This document shows, one piece after another, positions 25,801-39,200 of a stretch of 64,000 nt of DNA. This DNA comes from Lingula anatina (Eukaryota; Animalia; Brachiopoda). The position numbers were made by a program, and so were the translations under genes. Positions within the stretch are counted from its first letter, which is position 1. Each line of letters starts with the position of its first letter. The notes beneath the pieces were generated by a model. That model did not search any database. It saw nothing but the letters and a program-made list of their open reading frames with translations, and was not told the origin of the DNA. Location: positions 33,995,967-34,059,966 of the forward strand of contig CM120640.1 in the NCBI GenBank assembly GCA_051362555.1. The letters are read 5' to 3'.

Positions 25801-26904
25801 ATAAGCTTACAAATTTGCAAAAAAAAATTGCGTACTGACGCAGAATTTGCGTTTCAAGTTATAAAATAATCAATCTTTTAAATTCTTTAATATTTCAGAT
25901 GAAATAATCTTCAGAAACAAATCCTCAAAGCATAAATGAATTAGGAGAACGAACCATTTTATTATAGCAGTTCCCATTTTTTCTTTAATATGTTTTTCCT
26001 CAACACGTTTTCTTCCACGGAAGCTTCAAGATACCCTGAGAGCAATTTCTTTTATTAATGTTCGCGACCGTGTTTGAACTTAATTGTTTAAGTATTGATA
26101 TTTAACGTCATTTACAAATACCAATAAAATAACCCCATGAAATAAATGAGATATATTGAAAAATATGAAAGCCCACCAAGACGAGTTTCATACCTGTTAT
26201 TACCTGGCTTGGGAATTGCAGCGGTGCATAATTAACAGGTTTGTTGTAAACGAGCTTTTGGTCAACTACAATGCATTTAAAATGCATCAGCAATCAGTAA
26301 GTTTGCCAACTGTTGACAGTTAATCTGAAAGACTACCAGCTCTTGATATGATCTAAACCACCTGAGGTGACCATGATCTAGAGCATCGCAACTATTGTCA
26401 CCGAAGTTAGTAAGTAAGTCATGGAAGACCGTCACAGACAAAGAAAGATTGTCAACGAGAGCTGCAATTTTGGTGAATCCCACGGCAACACACCGAGGCA
26501 TAACGAAAATTCCTCAACTCCGTTCAACACAACTTTCCTTAACTTCTCCGTCTGTATGCACCTGCAGCTCAGTTGAGTCTCATAGACCTTTATCGTGATT
26601 GTCGTCACAGTACCACGTGACCCAGATCTGTTGCTTCATTTTTGCATATTGAGGTGAGGTTTACTAAAACGCTTTTTTTCTACTAATAGATTGTTTTTAT
26701 AATTTTTAAATGGCGGGGATCGATTAAAACATACCTCTAGTGTATAGATTGAGTGCTGTATCTTCAAAATTCGAGAAATGGATTTTTACATGAACATTGT
26801 CCTTTAATACAAAGAGGTGACAAAAGTGTTGCACCATTTTGCTCAAAGGTGAATGACAGGTAGGTTTGTTAGGTTTTTCAATAGGTATTTTATTGGTCAG
26901 TGAC

Positions 26905-27048
26905 AGCGCAATCAGATCAGCGGACAAACGGATCCGCGGATTAAAAATGGCGGACCCCCTTGAATGCTTGTTGCTTAATCCCCGTGGCGAATCTGTGGGT
27001 TGCCATATTTGATCCGCAGATCTGTAAGTCCGCTGTTCTGAATGCGCT
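26905..27048. mobile_element. Fold-back MITE with ~47-bp TIRs
   Basis: AGCGCAATCAGATCAGCGGACAAACGGATCCGCGGATTAAAAATGGC pairs imperfectly with GCCATATTTGATCCGCAGATCTGTAAGTCCGCTGTTCTGAATGCGCT. Confidence 0.75.
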
Positions 27049-27191
27049 TTTAGTATCTTTACTATACAGGTTTACAGACCAGTGCTTTGTCTTTACAAAA
27101 CACCTGCTATTTTGTCAGTATTAACCTTTGGTAGGATAGCCGCGTGATCTCAATATGGCCACCACCTTTCTGGCCTTACACTGCTTAAGGT

Positions 27192-28085
27192 TCAGTTATG
27201 TTTTGGGGGCTGTGTTGGCACAGGTTTTAAACACACTTTGAATTTAATCATTTTTGGAAAAGGGGTGATCTTTTGCCGCTTGATTTCCAAGCTCATTCCA
27301 CCTGTTTTCACTCGGGATTGCTTCTGGCGATTGGGCAGGCCAGTTAAGCCTGTTGATGTCATGCCGGAGAGCCATTCTCTTACAGCCCTTGTTCTGTGGA
27401 GTGCAGCAGTATCTGGTTGGAAAACAAACGAATGGTTTCTGTCCCCAAAGACGTTTTCCGTCGATGGCAAAAGGTGCTGGTCCAGAATTTCAATGTAAGT
27501 TTAAATTGATCAACACCAGTTCACCAATTCCGTAGAGACCAATGCAACCCCAAACCAATATTGAAGTGGACAGTCTAGTGAGGAAATGCATATTCTCTGG
27601 CATTTGAGACGTGGATGACGTTCTCCCACTCTCATTTGTCCACCCACGTTGCTCCAGGTGAAAATGGACGCATCAGCTGTCCATGCCGCATTTCTTTTAG
27701 CCTGTGTCAATCTTTTACTGTTTACCAACGTGATAGGTGGTTTTTACCTGGGAACCCTAGTGTGAATTCCTGAGGCCCGGAGCCTTCTTTGAACAGTCCT
27801 TTTGCTAATCTCAACCTGCAAATTGCGCTCAGCCACTGCAAAGGATATTTGCTGCACGGCTCAAATCCCCTTAACCTTGATGGCATAAAAAAACGCATGT
27901 CGATTCTGGCAATAGTCTTCTTTAAGAAGTCAATTCTTGGTACTTTACGGGCATCACTAGTGTCCTCCATCCTTCTGCAAACCCTGACCCTGACAGCGGC
28001 TCTCTGGGGGACATCTCCACCCTCGCTCCCTCAGAGATACAATTTCTTCTCTTTCTTTATTTGTAAGTTCCCGTACCTTCACCAT
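27192..28085 (-). mobile_element. Decayed Tc1/mariner (Tc1-type) transposase
   Basis: Frameshifted fragments MVKVRELTNKEREEIVSL (HTH start), GKKPPIT, VLVWGCIG, FVFQPDTAALH (QxDNA), WPAQSPEAIPSENRW (WPxxSPDLNPIENxW); no TIRs recognised. Confidence 0.88.
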
Positions 28086-29098
28086 GGTAGAAATTTGACA
28101 GCCAGAATGGTGTTAAACGTTGGATGACACCCTTCATGGCGCACATGGATGAAAATTCATCACTGGTTACGCGAACAATAAATCGCGAATCACAAAGTAA
28201 GAAAGGGGTTCCCCATGTCACCTAGTGCACTATTCACACAGATGTTGTAATATTTATATCACCCCTTTGTAGTTGTATATTGTTGGCATTAAACATTTGC
28301 ATTAAACATTTTCTCCATTTTTTTTTTTTTTTTTTGGCACATTCGCTTACAATAAACTTTTTCGTGTAAATAGTAACTTGGATCGAAAAGAGCTGTATTC
28401 TAACCATATTTTCTTCGCAGTGAAGATAATTTAATTTGTTCCATTCCTACCATTTGAGATTAAATGTTATGTTTTCGGACCAGTTGCCCTATTAATTGAA
28501 TCCAGCAAGAAAAAGGCGGGAACATATTTACGTAAAGTAAGCTTATTTGATTCTGCACGATTTTTTGCACTTTTTTATCCTTTTTGTTTTACTGCTTGGA
28601 ATTTCCAATTTTCAGCGATGCACTAAAAAGATTATGAGTGACATTTTCTTTCTGTTTTTTTATTCCTCTGTTTTGATTTCACGTTAATTGCCTACAGGTA
28701 GTCTTAGTATGGGTCCGAGCCAAGAACAAGAACAGGTCGAGGTTAGACTGGTCGGTTGAAAATTGCAAAGGTGCCAAATAACCTATTGAACTCTTACTGA
28801 ATAAGGCAATACTCAACACAATAGCAGAATTTTAAATACTAGGCATTTTTGTAAGACTTGATAGATCCTTAAGAACCATCTTGTCAAATTTATAAGTCTA
28901 TCAAAAGCTCTAAATTTTGTTCCAGATGAACTCATATGTTTTTATTAAAATTATTTTCCTTTCACCCGTGTGAGAGGCTCCCAAATTTCTGTCAGTACGA
29001 AACACCTTTCCTGGCGGTCAGATGGTTGTCCCACCTCCAATCCTATATGGTTTTGTTTACAAATGATCACATGACAACTGTTAACCGTTCTTCATAGT

Positions 29099-29204
29099 AT
29101 CGCTTCAAAGTGCAGTATCTGTTTTTATCAGCTTAATATCTGATACGTCCCTTACAAGGAACTTTGATATTAAACCGATTTTTGGAACTGGGCGGGGCGT
29201 AAAA
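29099..29204 (+). pseudogene. U2: Retroposed, 3'-truncated U2 snRNA pseudogene
   Basis: ATCGCTTC-[stem I absent]-AAAGTGCAGTATCTGTTTTTATCAGCTTAATATCTGATACG...Sm site ATTTTTG; short A tract; direct repeats at 29083-29098 and 29205-29220. Confidence 0.9.
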
Positions 29205-31115
29205 AAACGTTCTTTATAGTGTTTTTTTTTTTCAATATATCGTATTTTACATGGCTTAGGGATAAGAAAAGCTAAAATACCTGTGAAGATAGCCTTATTG
29301 TGTACCATTTGTTGAGAACATACAACTCACCAAATATGTTTTCCACGGTGATTCTCTAGAAGTAAAAAAAATGACCATAAAAATAAATAGTAGCCGTCGC
29401 CAAAGGACTCCACTAGAACATAAAGACACCACTAGAAACCACTAAATGATATTTCCGCTAATTTAACAGTTTAATTAGAGACCGACAGTGTTTCATATGA
29501 AATCTGTAATTAAACATTCTTCATATAGCGAAGAAGTCTATAGTGATACAGGCGGTGCAGGCGACCGAATCTCAAATGTATAAATGTGGTCGTCTCGTGA
29601 CGTCATTAGACTCTAACCAGCCAAGACCTCTTCCCTGACAGGGCTTTGTATTAAATAGGAAGCTTATTAAAGAGAGATCAACCGATGATTATATCCAGAA
29701 ACCCCTATCAACACCGTCAATTATATCCTATTTTCCATTCATAAAGCATATTGCATTTTGCTTCCAATCCATACCTGAGCTATTTTGCCGCGAGAAAGCC
29801 AGTACAATGATGTTATTTCTTTACAGTTTATAAATAGGCCCTGGCGAGGTACCGGTGTTACATGTGAATATTAGTATTAGCTAATATTGAAGTAAAATAC
29901 CACAGTGTTACTTGGAAGGGGACCATCAGAAGTTTGCGTGGGATGCGTGCACCGTGTAACAGTAACACGAAACTGTTTACACGCACTATTGGGAAAATCT
30001 GAGACGAAGTACAGAGTGTTTCAAATCGCTCGGCTAATTTGAACCACTTATCTCCCATAACTGGGCGCGCGCGCGCAAGGCCGGTGTCCACTTTCGACTG
30101 ACCACGCAAGTTAAGTCGACCTTTTCCTCGAGGGAAGCAAAACATCAATAAGAGCATAAAGCTGCGTGATGGTCGAATACAAGAACTCGTAGTCTATCTT
30201 AATTAACTACAGTGGGCACAGTAGATTGGCCATAAAGAGAGGAACATTGACTTGAAGGATTTTCCTTTCTGCGTGATAAACGCATATCGTTCATCATTTC
30301 AAAAATTGTGGACTTCGTCTGTACGGTAGCGAGTACAGTGAATGAGAACTGAGAATTTTAACAGCAGATAAAAACACGGCAACTCTCTCTAGATGACGGC
30401 AGAATTCTTGGCAGTCAGTGGGGAAGGAGGATAAAGGGTTAAAAGGGATAAAAGGTGAAAAGAATTAAGCGCGGAACAGCTTGATCAGTGTAGCTAATTA
30501 CGGTCTTTACCTACAATACGCATAAACAGGTAAGTAACCTCGTGTAGAATATTATATTAATAGATGTATATATATCAATGAAACATTTCAGATTATCTAC
30601 GATGACTTAAATCGTATAATATTCTTTGGTAATTGGCATGATACGGTACGTTTGATACAGTGGTCTAGGATGCCGTTTTTTTGGTACTCATCCTCCCAAC
30701 TTGTCGAGTTTTTGACCTGTCAGATATATTTTCTTTGTGAGTGTCTAATTATTATAAAATACTTGGTGCAACGAACACTGGGTTTATAGGCTACCGTTAT
30801 ATATCACAGGGGCGGAAGGTACATATGTATCTGAATAGGAAACCTTATCGTCATGCAAAATATGTATGTTTATATACACAGACATCTCTCAGGCACGAGG
30901 AAGTGCTTTACTTTCAGAAGTATCTGTTCATACTTTCCCCAGGCTATACCATAAAGTGCATGACTACAGATTGTTATGCACCTTTTTATACATATGTAAT
31001 GAATGTCTTAAACTTATATAAATTTTGGACGCGTAATTCAAGCGTGGGCTCGAAATAGAGCATTACCCTTTCGACTTACTTAGCGGATAACGCAATCTAA
31101 AGATTCCACGGTTCG

Positions 31116-31418
31116 TGTCAGATTTACGTAAGGTCGCACAAAGGAAACCCAAGTCCACACAATGACCAGTTGAACGATTTATTCGTCGACGCTCGGTATC
31201 TACATATTCTAAGTGAAGTCTCCAATTCCTAATTCCCCGAAATCACGTCTGTTCCGTGCTCCGTCTCTGTCAGTCTCCTTCTCCTTCCCTTTTTTCAAGG
31301 TATCAATTCCGATCGCTTATATACTAATTTCTTATCCAAGGTAGGTGCACGCAAACTAATTACTTATAATTGTATAGTTAATTTCTTTACATCAGCGTTA
31401 TACAAAGAGGCCGCCACA
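31116..31418 (-). mobile_element. Possible solo LTR
   Basis: Minus strand starts TGTGGCGG, has TATATAA (31317-31323) then AATAAA (31178-31183), ends ...CTGACA; no clean TSD. Confidence 0.45.
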
Positions 31419-34400
31419 TTACTCAAGAACTATTGGACCACAACTCGTTACATCATACGACCTCATTAAATATCTTTTTGATCTTTGATCTGTCGGACAC
31501 AAGACGATGCCAGTTTGTTATTGAGCGTATTTAATGCATATTTGACCGTGCGTTATCTGGTTCGTATACCCGAGTTTTTGAAGTGCGTGACGGGATGAGC
31601 TCTGCACCTGGAACACTGGTGACGCCCTTCGATCTTCCTACCGCAAAAGGTTATCGACACCAATTTTTTTAATCGATTCAAACTTATTATGTTTGAATGA
31701 AAATTCAAGCTTTCAAGATTCAAAATAAATGAAGGACAGAAATAGAAAAAAACTCGGTATAAGAGACACCAGTGATTTACACTTAGATACAGAAAAATCG
31801 TCATTTGATAAATTCCCATTTTTCATAATTTATTCAAATTGGCACAAAAACAAGTCAAATCATGTTTTGTAAATGTCTTGTCAATTGTACTAAACTGGAT
31901 GGACACTAATTAACGATACTACTTGGCCAAGTATATTGTCCTGTATCTCTGACCTGTGATGCACATTTCGATGAAGGATCTTCGTCATTTGCGAATTCAG
32001 TTCAGGTCATATTGGATTCACCACTTCCTTGTGCGCGAATGAAACTCAAACATCTCCGAATGCTGGATTTCGTTTTTTTACAGACTCTCACACGACCTTC
32101 ATATTGAACCGGATTTCATTCGTCCATTTCACTTTTCTCCATCCCTTGTTGTTCGTTCCAAGGTATTACAGACTGTGGCGCAAGCGTGCTCAAGCTAATC
32201 TGTACAGTTTGTGCCATGGTGAAAAGGGGGTGTTTTTGCCATGGTTTCTGAAAGGCATCTATTGATTTATCCGTTCTTCCCTGTCGGTGTCATGACCACA
32301 CTCTTCTCGCTGTTCTCTTGCAGGTCAAAATGAACCGATTTTGACTTCCAGGGCGCACCAAACGCCTATTGTCACTGACGCTGGATGAACTGGAATAACC
32401 GGTAGGTTTCTTGCCACTCTTATTATAGTTTCGCCACATTTGGTCAGAATTCCTGGCTACTTGCAATTTTCCCAAATTGTCCTATTGGCACTCCAGCAGG
32501 GTAGCTTCCAATTGCATATCACCTTAAATCTATGGTGGTTCGACTGTCTGATATTTTGGCCAATAATAGTGTTTTTGCAGTGACTCGATAAACCAAAGGG
32601 GGGCATGATAAGGTATTGTAAAAATCGTAGATCAGACATGGGTTTTGAATTATTTGAAAAGGAACGAAATGTTGCCTAAATTGGCCATCAGTGTAAATGC
32701 ACTTTAAGACTCTTCTGAAGATGCAACTTACATGCAATTATACAACCATCATGTGTTATAATGAATTAAATCACCGAAGGACATTTAACTGCCAGCTTAG
32801 ATCTAGCTATTATTCCAAATTAACATTGGCAATGCAGGTATTTTGATTGAGCACATTGCCGGCATTATTCCGATGAATCGTGAAATGACTGTTATTATTG
32901 TCGCATAATGCCGAGAACGGCGTCAATGGTTAAAGCAACAATATACGGAACGAAGTACATGTATTTTCTCTCCTTCGAACAAAACGGTCTTGAAACGTCC
33001 CATTGCTGACGTCAACAATTTAACCAAATATCGGACAGTTCCCGGCCTGCAATGCTGCTTTCTGTTTAGTAATATGGCCTACTGCTGGGCTGGCTACTGG
33101 AAGATTACTATTATGAGCACGCCTGTAAGGCTTAAGAAATAGATCGATGCGGCACGCGATTTGTGCGCGTGTTTGTGTGTCTGTGTAAACAGCAACCAAA
33201 AGCCCTCACGCTGTATGTCATCGGTAATACACCCGTATTGGCGTCCATTTTATGATAAATTTTCCATCTCAAAGATGATTTAATAGCAAGGACATCTAAT
33301 TGTTGCCATTTATGTCGTCCTTGAAAAGGAAATACGAAGTAGCATATTAAGGATGAGCTGTGTATATAAGCAGAGAAGTCGTTTTTTTTTGCATAATTTT
33401 CAAAAATAGTGGCTTCTATCAAGAAACATTTTTACTCACTTTTAGCTGCATTTTCCGTACGTATATTCTAATATTTTAAGCGGTAGGCTTATCTGTTTAA
33501 GGCAGAATGTTTGCCACAAAACATTACACTCTTTCACGCCAAGTTTGGTTAAAGTTAAAGGACGGTAGAAAGTAGGTTTTAACACTTCAAATGATGAATT
33601 TTGCTATCCATAATGAGTTTAAACGTGTAAATCGTACAAGCGTCTGAAATGTGTTCTGTAGTTTTTGGATTTATTGCAAGCGTCATTTAACAAGTGTAGT
33701 AACGGCTGGGGATTAGCTTCGTGGTAAATTTTTTTAAAGATTAATTTGAAGACACCTAACAGGTTTATTTGCACAGGAACATATTAACGCTCCAAAAGGC
33801 AGTAACATACTGTTATTTACGTGACATCTAAGATGCACTAGAATAATTGACCGTCATTCAGGTCGAAGTCGGTTTGCATTGCTTCTAGGTGTTTAATTTC
33901 ATAACGCATTTTGCTACACTAACCCATTGCGCGTGCACGTGGTTCTTTCTCGAACACGATCTCACACTAAGGTACTGGTAGAACGAACTGAATATTAACA
34001 ACAAACACTCTAACAACACACGCGCGCACACGTGTATAAACACATACGTGCTCATGTTATCAATGCACGCACAGACTTAAAAACACACACACACATATAC
34101 ACACGCTTATGTTAAAAAAGGTTTAACTCAGTAAAGAAAAAAGAAACAATCCTTTATTTATACCGACTCAGCCCCTTCTTTTTATAACGATCCCAAGTGC
34201 CTTGCAGGTGTTATGAACCCATTTTGAATTTCCGTTGGAGTGACGGAAGTGTCAAAATTGCGTGTCTTGATCCCCGTCTAGGTAGGAGAAATCTACATTT
34301 CTTAACACGCAATTCTTTATTGAGCTTATGTATGAAAACGCCAAGGAGGAAATTAACGTTTTCATCGCGCAATCAATGTAATGAAAATATTCCGTTATTG

Positions 34401-35689
34401 AGATAGTGCGGTCAAGGGATCAAAGTTTCATTCTTCCGTGGCGTGTTGCCTTCGCCGATTTACCGTGATATCTGTATTTTGATTTGAGAAAATTGCTGTC
34501 GCAGAAATTTATTAGACATGACAAAAGTGTATTGTTTTCCACTTTTATGTAAACCTTATCTTGCGAAACAGCAACTGACACTAATAACCTAATATCTAGG
34601 TGCAATTTTATAATGCCCAAGAGCCTCTGTTTTCGATTTGGAAATACTGACGCGACGTTAAATGTTTTGTGATTGGTCATATTTTGGAAATAAGGTGGCT
34701 TCGAGAAAAACGAGAGTGAGATAGCCAGAGTAATAGTTCAGATCAATAGTTATGCAAGAAATTCTGAGCGAAAAGTCATACTCCACTTAAGTATGAGTGC
34801 GCGATCGACTACTTTGAGAGAGAGAGAGAGAAGACTGTTCTTTATTTACAAAACAACTTAATGGAGTGAAGAGAACAAATATTTTTTTCGGAAAATGAAA
34901 TCTCACGAAGCACTCTTTGATCTTCACAGCATAACAAGGCTGAGATTAGCACGAGCGTCAAAGCAGGGTCAGTCTTCCCCTTATTTATATCGCTTCCCAT
35001 TGAAATATAATCCCCAGGCTTTGGATCTATAGAAAAAATACCACGACTTGGGAAATTAATGCAAGAAGCAGCGCTTTGCGGATAAAGATGACTCGCCCGT
35101 TGGGCAAGACTTTAAGAGTTATGTTACACGTACTAACTAGACTTCGAGAAGAGGTGTTACAATTTTGTCAACTGTGAAATCATTTATCCATAATGTGATC
35201 AGGTTCGTCTTTCGCTCGCCATTCAAAACCAAACTTCCATAACTTGAAGATTGCATTCAAAGAAATTAACTGACTCTTAACCTTTTTTTACCATCCCGTG
35301 CCACACTCTTTCAGTGCAACAACTACATACACTCGTATATCTGAATATGGCAGAATAGCGATTCCGGTGCGGCAACAAATTCAAACCGGGCACTTTTAGA
35401 TTTTTTGTCTCTGAAACTCTGAACAATTAAGTCTTTATATTAATACATTTGCTACACTTGTATTTCTTTCTTATAGTCTATTAGAGGACATAATCTGAGC
35501 AGAGAGTTTTACCCTCGTTGCTTAAAGGATCCTTGCATGTTCTTAAACGTCACGCAGTGCCGACAGCCCCTTGTTAAGTTATCACGGATGGTTTCCATAA
35601 TAATAATTGCGGCCGTAACATATGCAGCAGCTTGGGATGGATGTACTTGTACTTTTAACCAAAGGCCAGCTTGTTTTGCAAAATTTCTT

Positions 35690-35787
35690 GCTGGCCAGAG
35701 CACAAAAAATGTACACAGAACAAGCATGTAGATACATGTCCGTGAATACATAGTGAAAAAGCCTTCCTTTGGCCTTGGTAGAGGGTA
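35690..35787 (-). mobile_element. Partial MITE family D copy
   Basis: Reverse complement TACCCTCTACCAAGGCC...TTTTTCACTATGTATTCAC matches the start of 42797-42928; inner boundary approximate. Confidence 0.5.
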
Positions 35788-35896
35788 GTTTGTATGCTTC
35801 CCATAGGGATGAGGTCGATTAAGGATTGAACAGATTAGTTATGAAGTTGGGCCATATTGTTCATCGGGAATATGAGGCTTTACATTCAAACTTTAC

Positions 35897-36252
35897 CTTT
35901 AATAGTAATCTCATGTCATGCTAAGGTGTGCGCTTCATGTCAGCTCTGTCTATCACCCAACCAGACTGTTTTTATAATTAAAAGTAGTCTTTAATACTAG
36001 TCTTATGTCATGCTAAGGTGAGCACTTCATGTCAGCCCTGTCTATCAACCAACCAGACTGTTTTTATAATTAAAAGTAGTCTTTAATAGTAGTCTTATGT
36101 CATGCTAAGGTGTGCGCTTCATGTCAGCCCTGTCTATCACCCAACCAGACTGTTTTTATAATTAAAAGTAGTCTTTAACAGTAGTCTTATGTCATTCTAA
36201 GGTGAGCATTTCATGTCAGCCCGGTCTATCACCCAACCAGACTGTTTTTTAT
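35897..36252. repeat. 92-bp tandem repeat, ~3.8 copies
   Basis: ATGTCAT(G/T)CTAAGG recurs at 35913, 36005, 36097, 36189. Confidence 0.95.
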
Positions 36253-39200
36253 AGTTATAAAGAATTAAGAGAACAGCCTCTTCCCCATATGTAACGCAGG
36301 GTGTTCGCTTCCACGTTATGGAAGATTATTGCATGCAGCACATTCTAATAAAAAAGGACGCACCATGTGGCAAGATAATTGCTGGCTTTTGTGTAAAGGT
36401 GTCTTTGTGGACGGTGTTTTTTTTTCTCCATGTTTTATCAACGCTGGTTCAGTCGAACACTTATAATGAGGCGTATTTTCTGGTAAAGATCTTAAACGAA
36501 TCAACAGACGACCAAATTAATCTCAGTCGCAGAGGGCGGTATACAGAGAGAACAACCCGAACCTCTGACTATTGAATTATATCTTACTATATGTCCTCTG
36601 GTTTCGTATTTTTAATACAAATCGCTCAAGTCAACGTCCGAAAGCTAGTCATAATTAACATTTAATCTCCGTTCTATATCCATAATATTGCAATAAAAAT
36701 GCAGGGAAAATATTCGATCACAGCTGAATACTAACACTCAGACACACACACAAAAAAACAAATGATTGAAGACTAGAGTAATATTTCTTGGAAATATTCC
36801 ATTTCATTAGAAAGGTATTTGCGTTTTTTTATTTGATGAAAATGATGTCTTCCGGTGCGCATTTAGGATGATTCCCGATTATCAACCAGGTCATGAATGA
36901 TCGCTGGTGATTAGAAATATGGGGAGTATATAGCAGTCACACGAGTGCTGAATGGGGTTCGATACCTATTTATTTCCTTATCAGCTTACAAAATGTGGAA
37001 ATTAAGATTCTCATGTTATGAGATAAGGCTGTCACGTCCATTCTACATCACGGTTAATTTGCCAAGTCTACGTGATGACGTAACATCAGCGTTTTTTGTG
37101 ATAAAATCAACCAATCAATCAAATAAGCCATCAATCAATCATATCGACCGCAGTCGACCGTCGACATCATTATTTAAGCAACAGCATAAATAGATTTCCA
37201 GAACCTACGGTCCTTCATGACACTGGCAATCTCAGTTTTGTTATTCAAGCCAGTGTCCTCAAGGAGAACCTGGACGTAAGTTTTTTTCGCTTTTAACCAA
37301 ATTTCTTTACCTAGACAACTATCAACACCGTTTTAACACGTATTTTATCACAACGATAAGGACAACAACCAGGTGCCAGGAAATCTTGAAAAGCTTACTT
37401 GTGACATTATCAATAACGAGGCAAAATAATGCCCTTGTTTATTGGAATATCGTAACAAGGGGCTCGTATCTCCTAAACACAATTAAATGTAAAAACCAAA
37501 TCCTGGCACAAGATTGAAGATTACAACAACCTAGTCGTCAACTACGCCACTTTTATCATGCCAATATCTGACTTAGTTACGTAGCTATCTCGGAAACCGA
37601 TCACTATTTCACACCCATTTACAAAGCAGCTAAATTGACGATAAACGCCTGGCCAATCTTGCAGAGGCGCTTGCGGGAGGAGTGGGGGATAAAACAGCAA
37701 AATCGGACAACAATTTTTTGTTATCACACTGAAATCAAGATAGGAATTTTATATAAAGAAACGAGAAAAATGCTATTTTGCCTAATGCAGACCTTCATAA
37801 CTACGTATCGAACCCCTTTAAGCCGCTGCGAACTTTCTATTAAACGTCAGCCTGTACGTTAGGGTTAATTAAGGCGATGACAATCGTACTCTGTTAAATA
37901 CTAACAGTGAAAAACACTCCCCTCCCAAAAACGTGTCCTTGGGATTAGAATATCAGGGGTTAATCAAACATTTTACTCTAAGGAAATGTAAAATAAGTCC
38001 AAGCCAACAACCATCATGTGGCTTTCAGCTTCCCTAAACAGTTGCTTTAATATCTTCCTAATTTTTTCCTGATTGATGAAGATAACCGTACAAGCCTGCC
38101 CCATAAATCTCAGCCATAAATCGACATCACGGTCCGTTGCGTACAAAAAGACTAGTATCTTCAGCTCCGCAAATCAGGTTAACTTGTCGTTGTCTATGAA
38201 CCAATGCTATCAGAGGCATCATTAGGAGCCAATACTATCTAACTGTTCGGCGCCATAAAACTTTCGCGGTAAATTTCCTGCAGGTTTCACCTTTGGTTGT
38301 TTGAAAGACAACCCACTTCCTGACTTATCAGTCAAACGCTAGGAGGATAAGAGGGATAGGACGCGCTTGAGTGGACGTCATCTGAACTGACCCTATCCTC
38401 AGATAAATCGCTTCTGTGCTACGCAAGGTCTGTTTACATTTGAGAAAGAGCTGCGATCCCGGTTCGTTCTACTGTTGATGATGATAACGCAACTTCTTGT
38501 CATGTTTTTGAAATAGAAAAGTTGTTTGAAAAAAGCATTTAGGCATAATACTATAGATATCTTGAATGGTTGGGGTAGTCAGATTTGAACCGTTGTGTAT
38601 CTGTAAAGTGATCGGAATTTTAGGTTGTTCTTTTTCTGCTTTTGATAATGCTGTATAGACTGCGTTTTTAAATAGAGATCAAAAACTTGAAAAGAAAAAA
38701 AAAGGACTATCCTGAGACGAGGGAAATATAAAAAGAAAAGACTGAGACTAAAGACGGTATCCGAAACACGTTCAAACAAGGGGTGGCTAAAGACATACCA
38801 AATTGTTGAATTGGTTAACGAGTGATGACTCTCTGCAAACGGGGTCAGTGTACAAAATTTATTTAAAATTTCTTGTATGACAAACGTTGTTATTGTCCTT
38901 GTACCCCCCCCCCCCCCACCTGACCCCCCTTTCCGCGCCCCTCGAGCACACACCGGGAATAAAATCCTGAATTTACTAGAAACTGCCATTTTAGAAAAAT
39001 GAGAAAGCGCATTTCCTGTGTTAAAACATGATCTAAATCCCCAAAGTTGTGCCTAAGAAGTTTTCACTTTAAAGTGCCAAAGCTGATTTAAATATGATTC
39101 CATTAAAAGACGTGCAAACATTTTGATTATTTTGATCAAAGACAAAATTGTAATAAGGGCCTCACTTTTTTCTGTGAGAAAAAATAGGTCAGGTAGTCCC

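Noticed and set aside
35897-36252. CRISPR-like array
   Set aside because: Whole units repeat with no unique spacers; no cas genes; eukaryotic context
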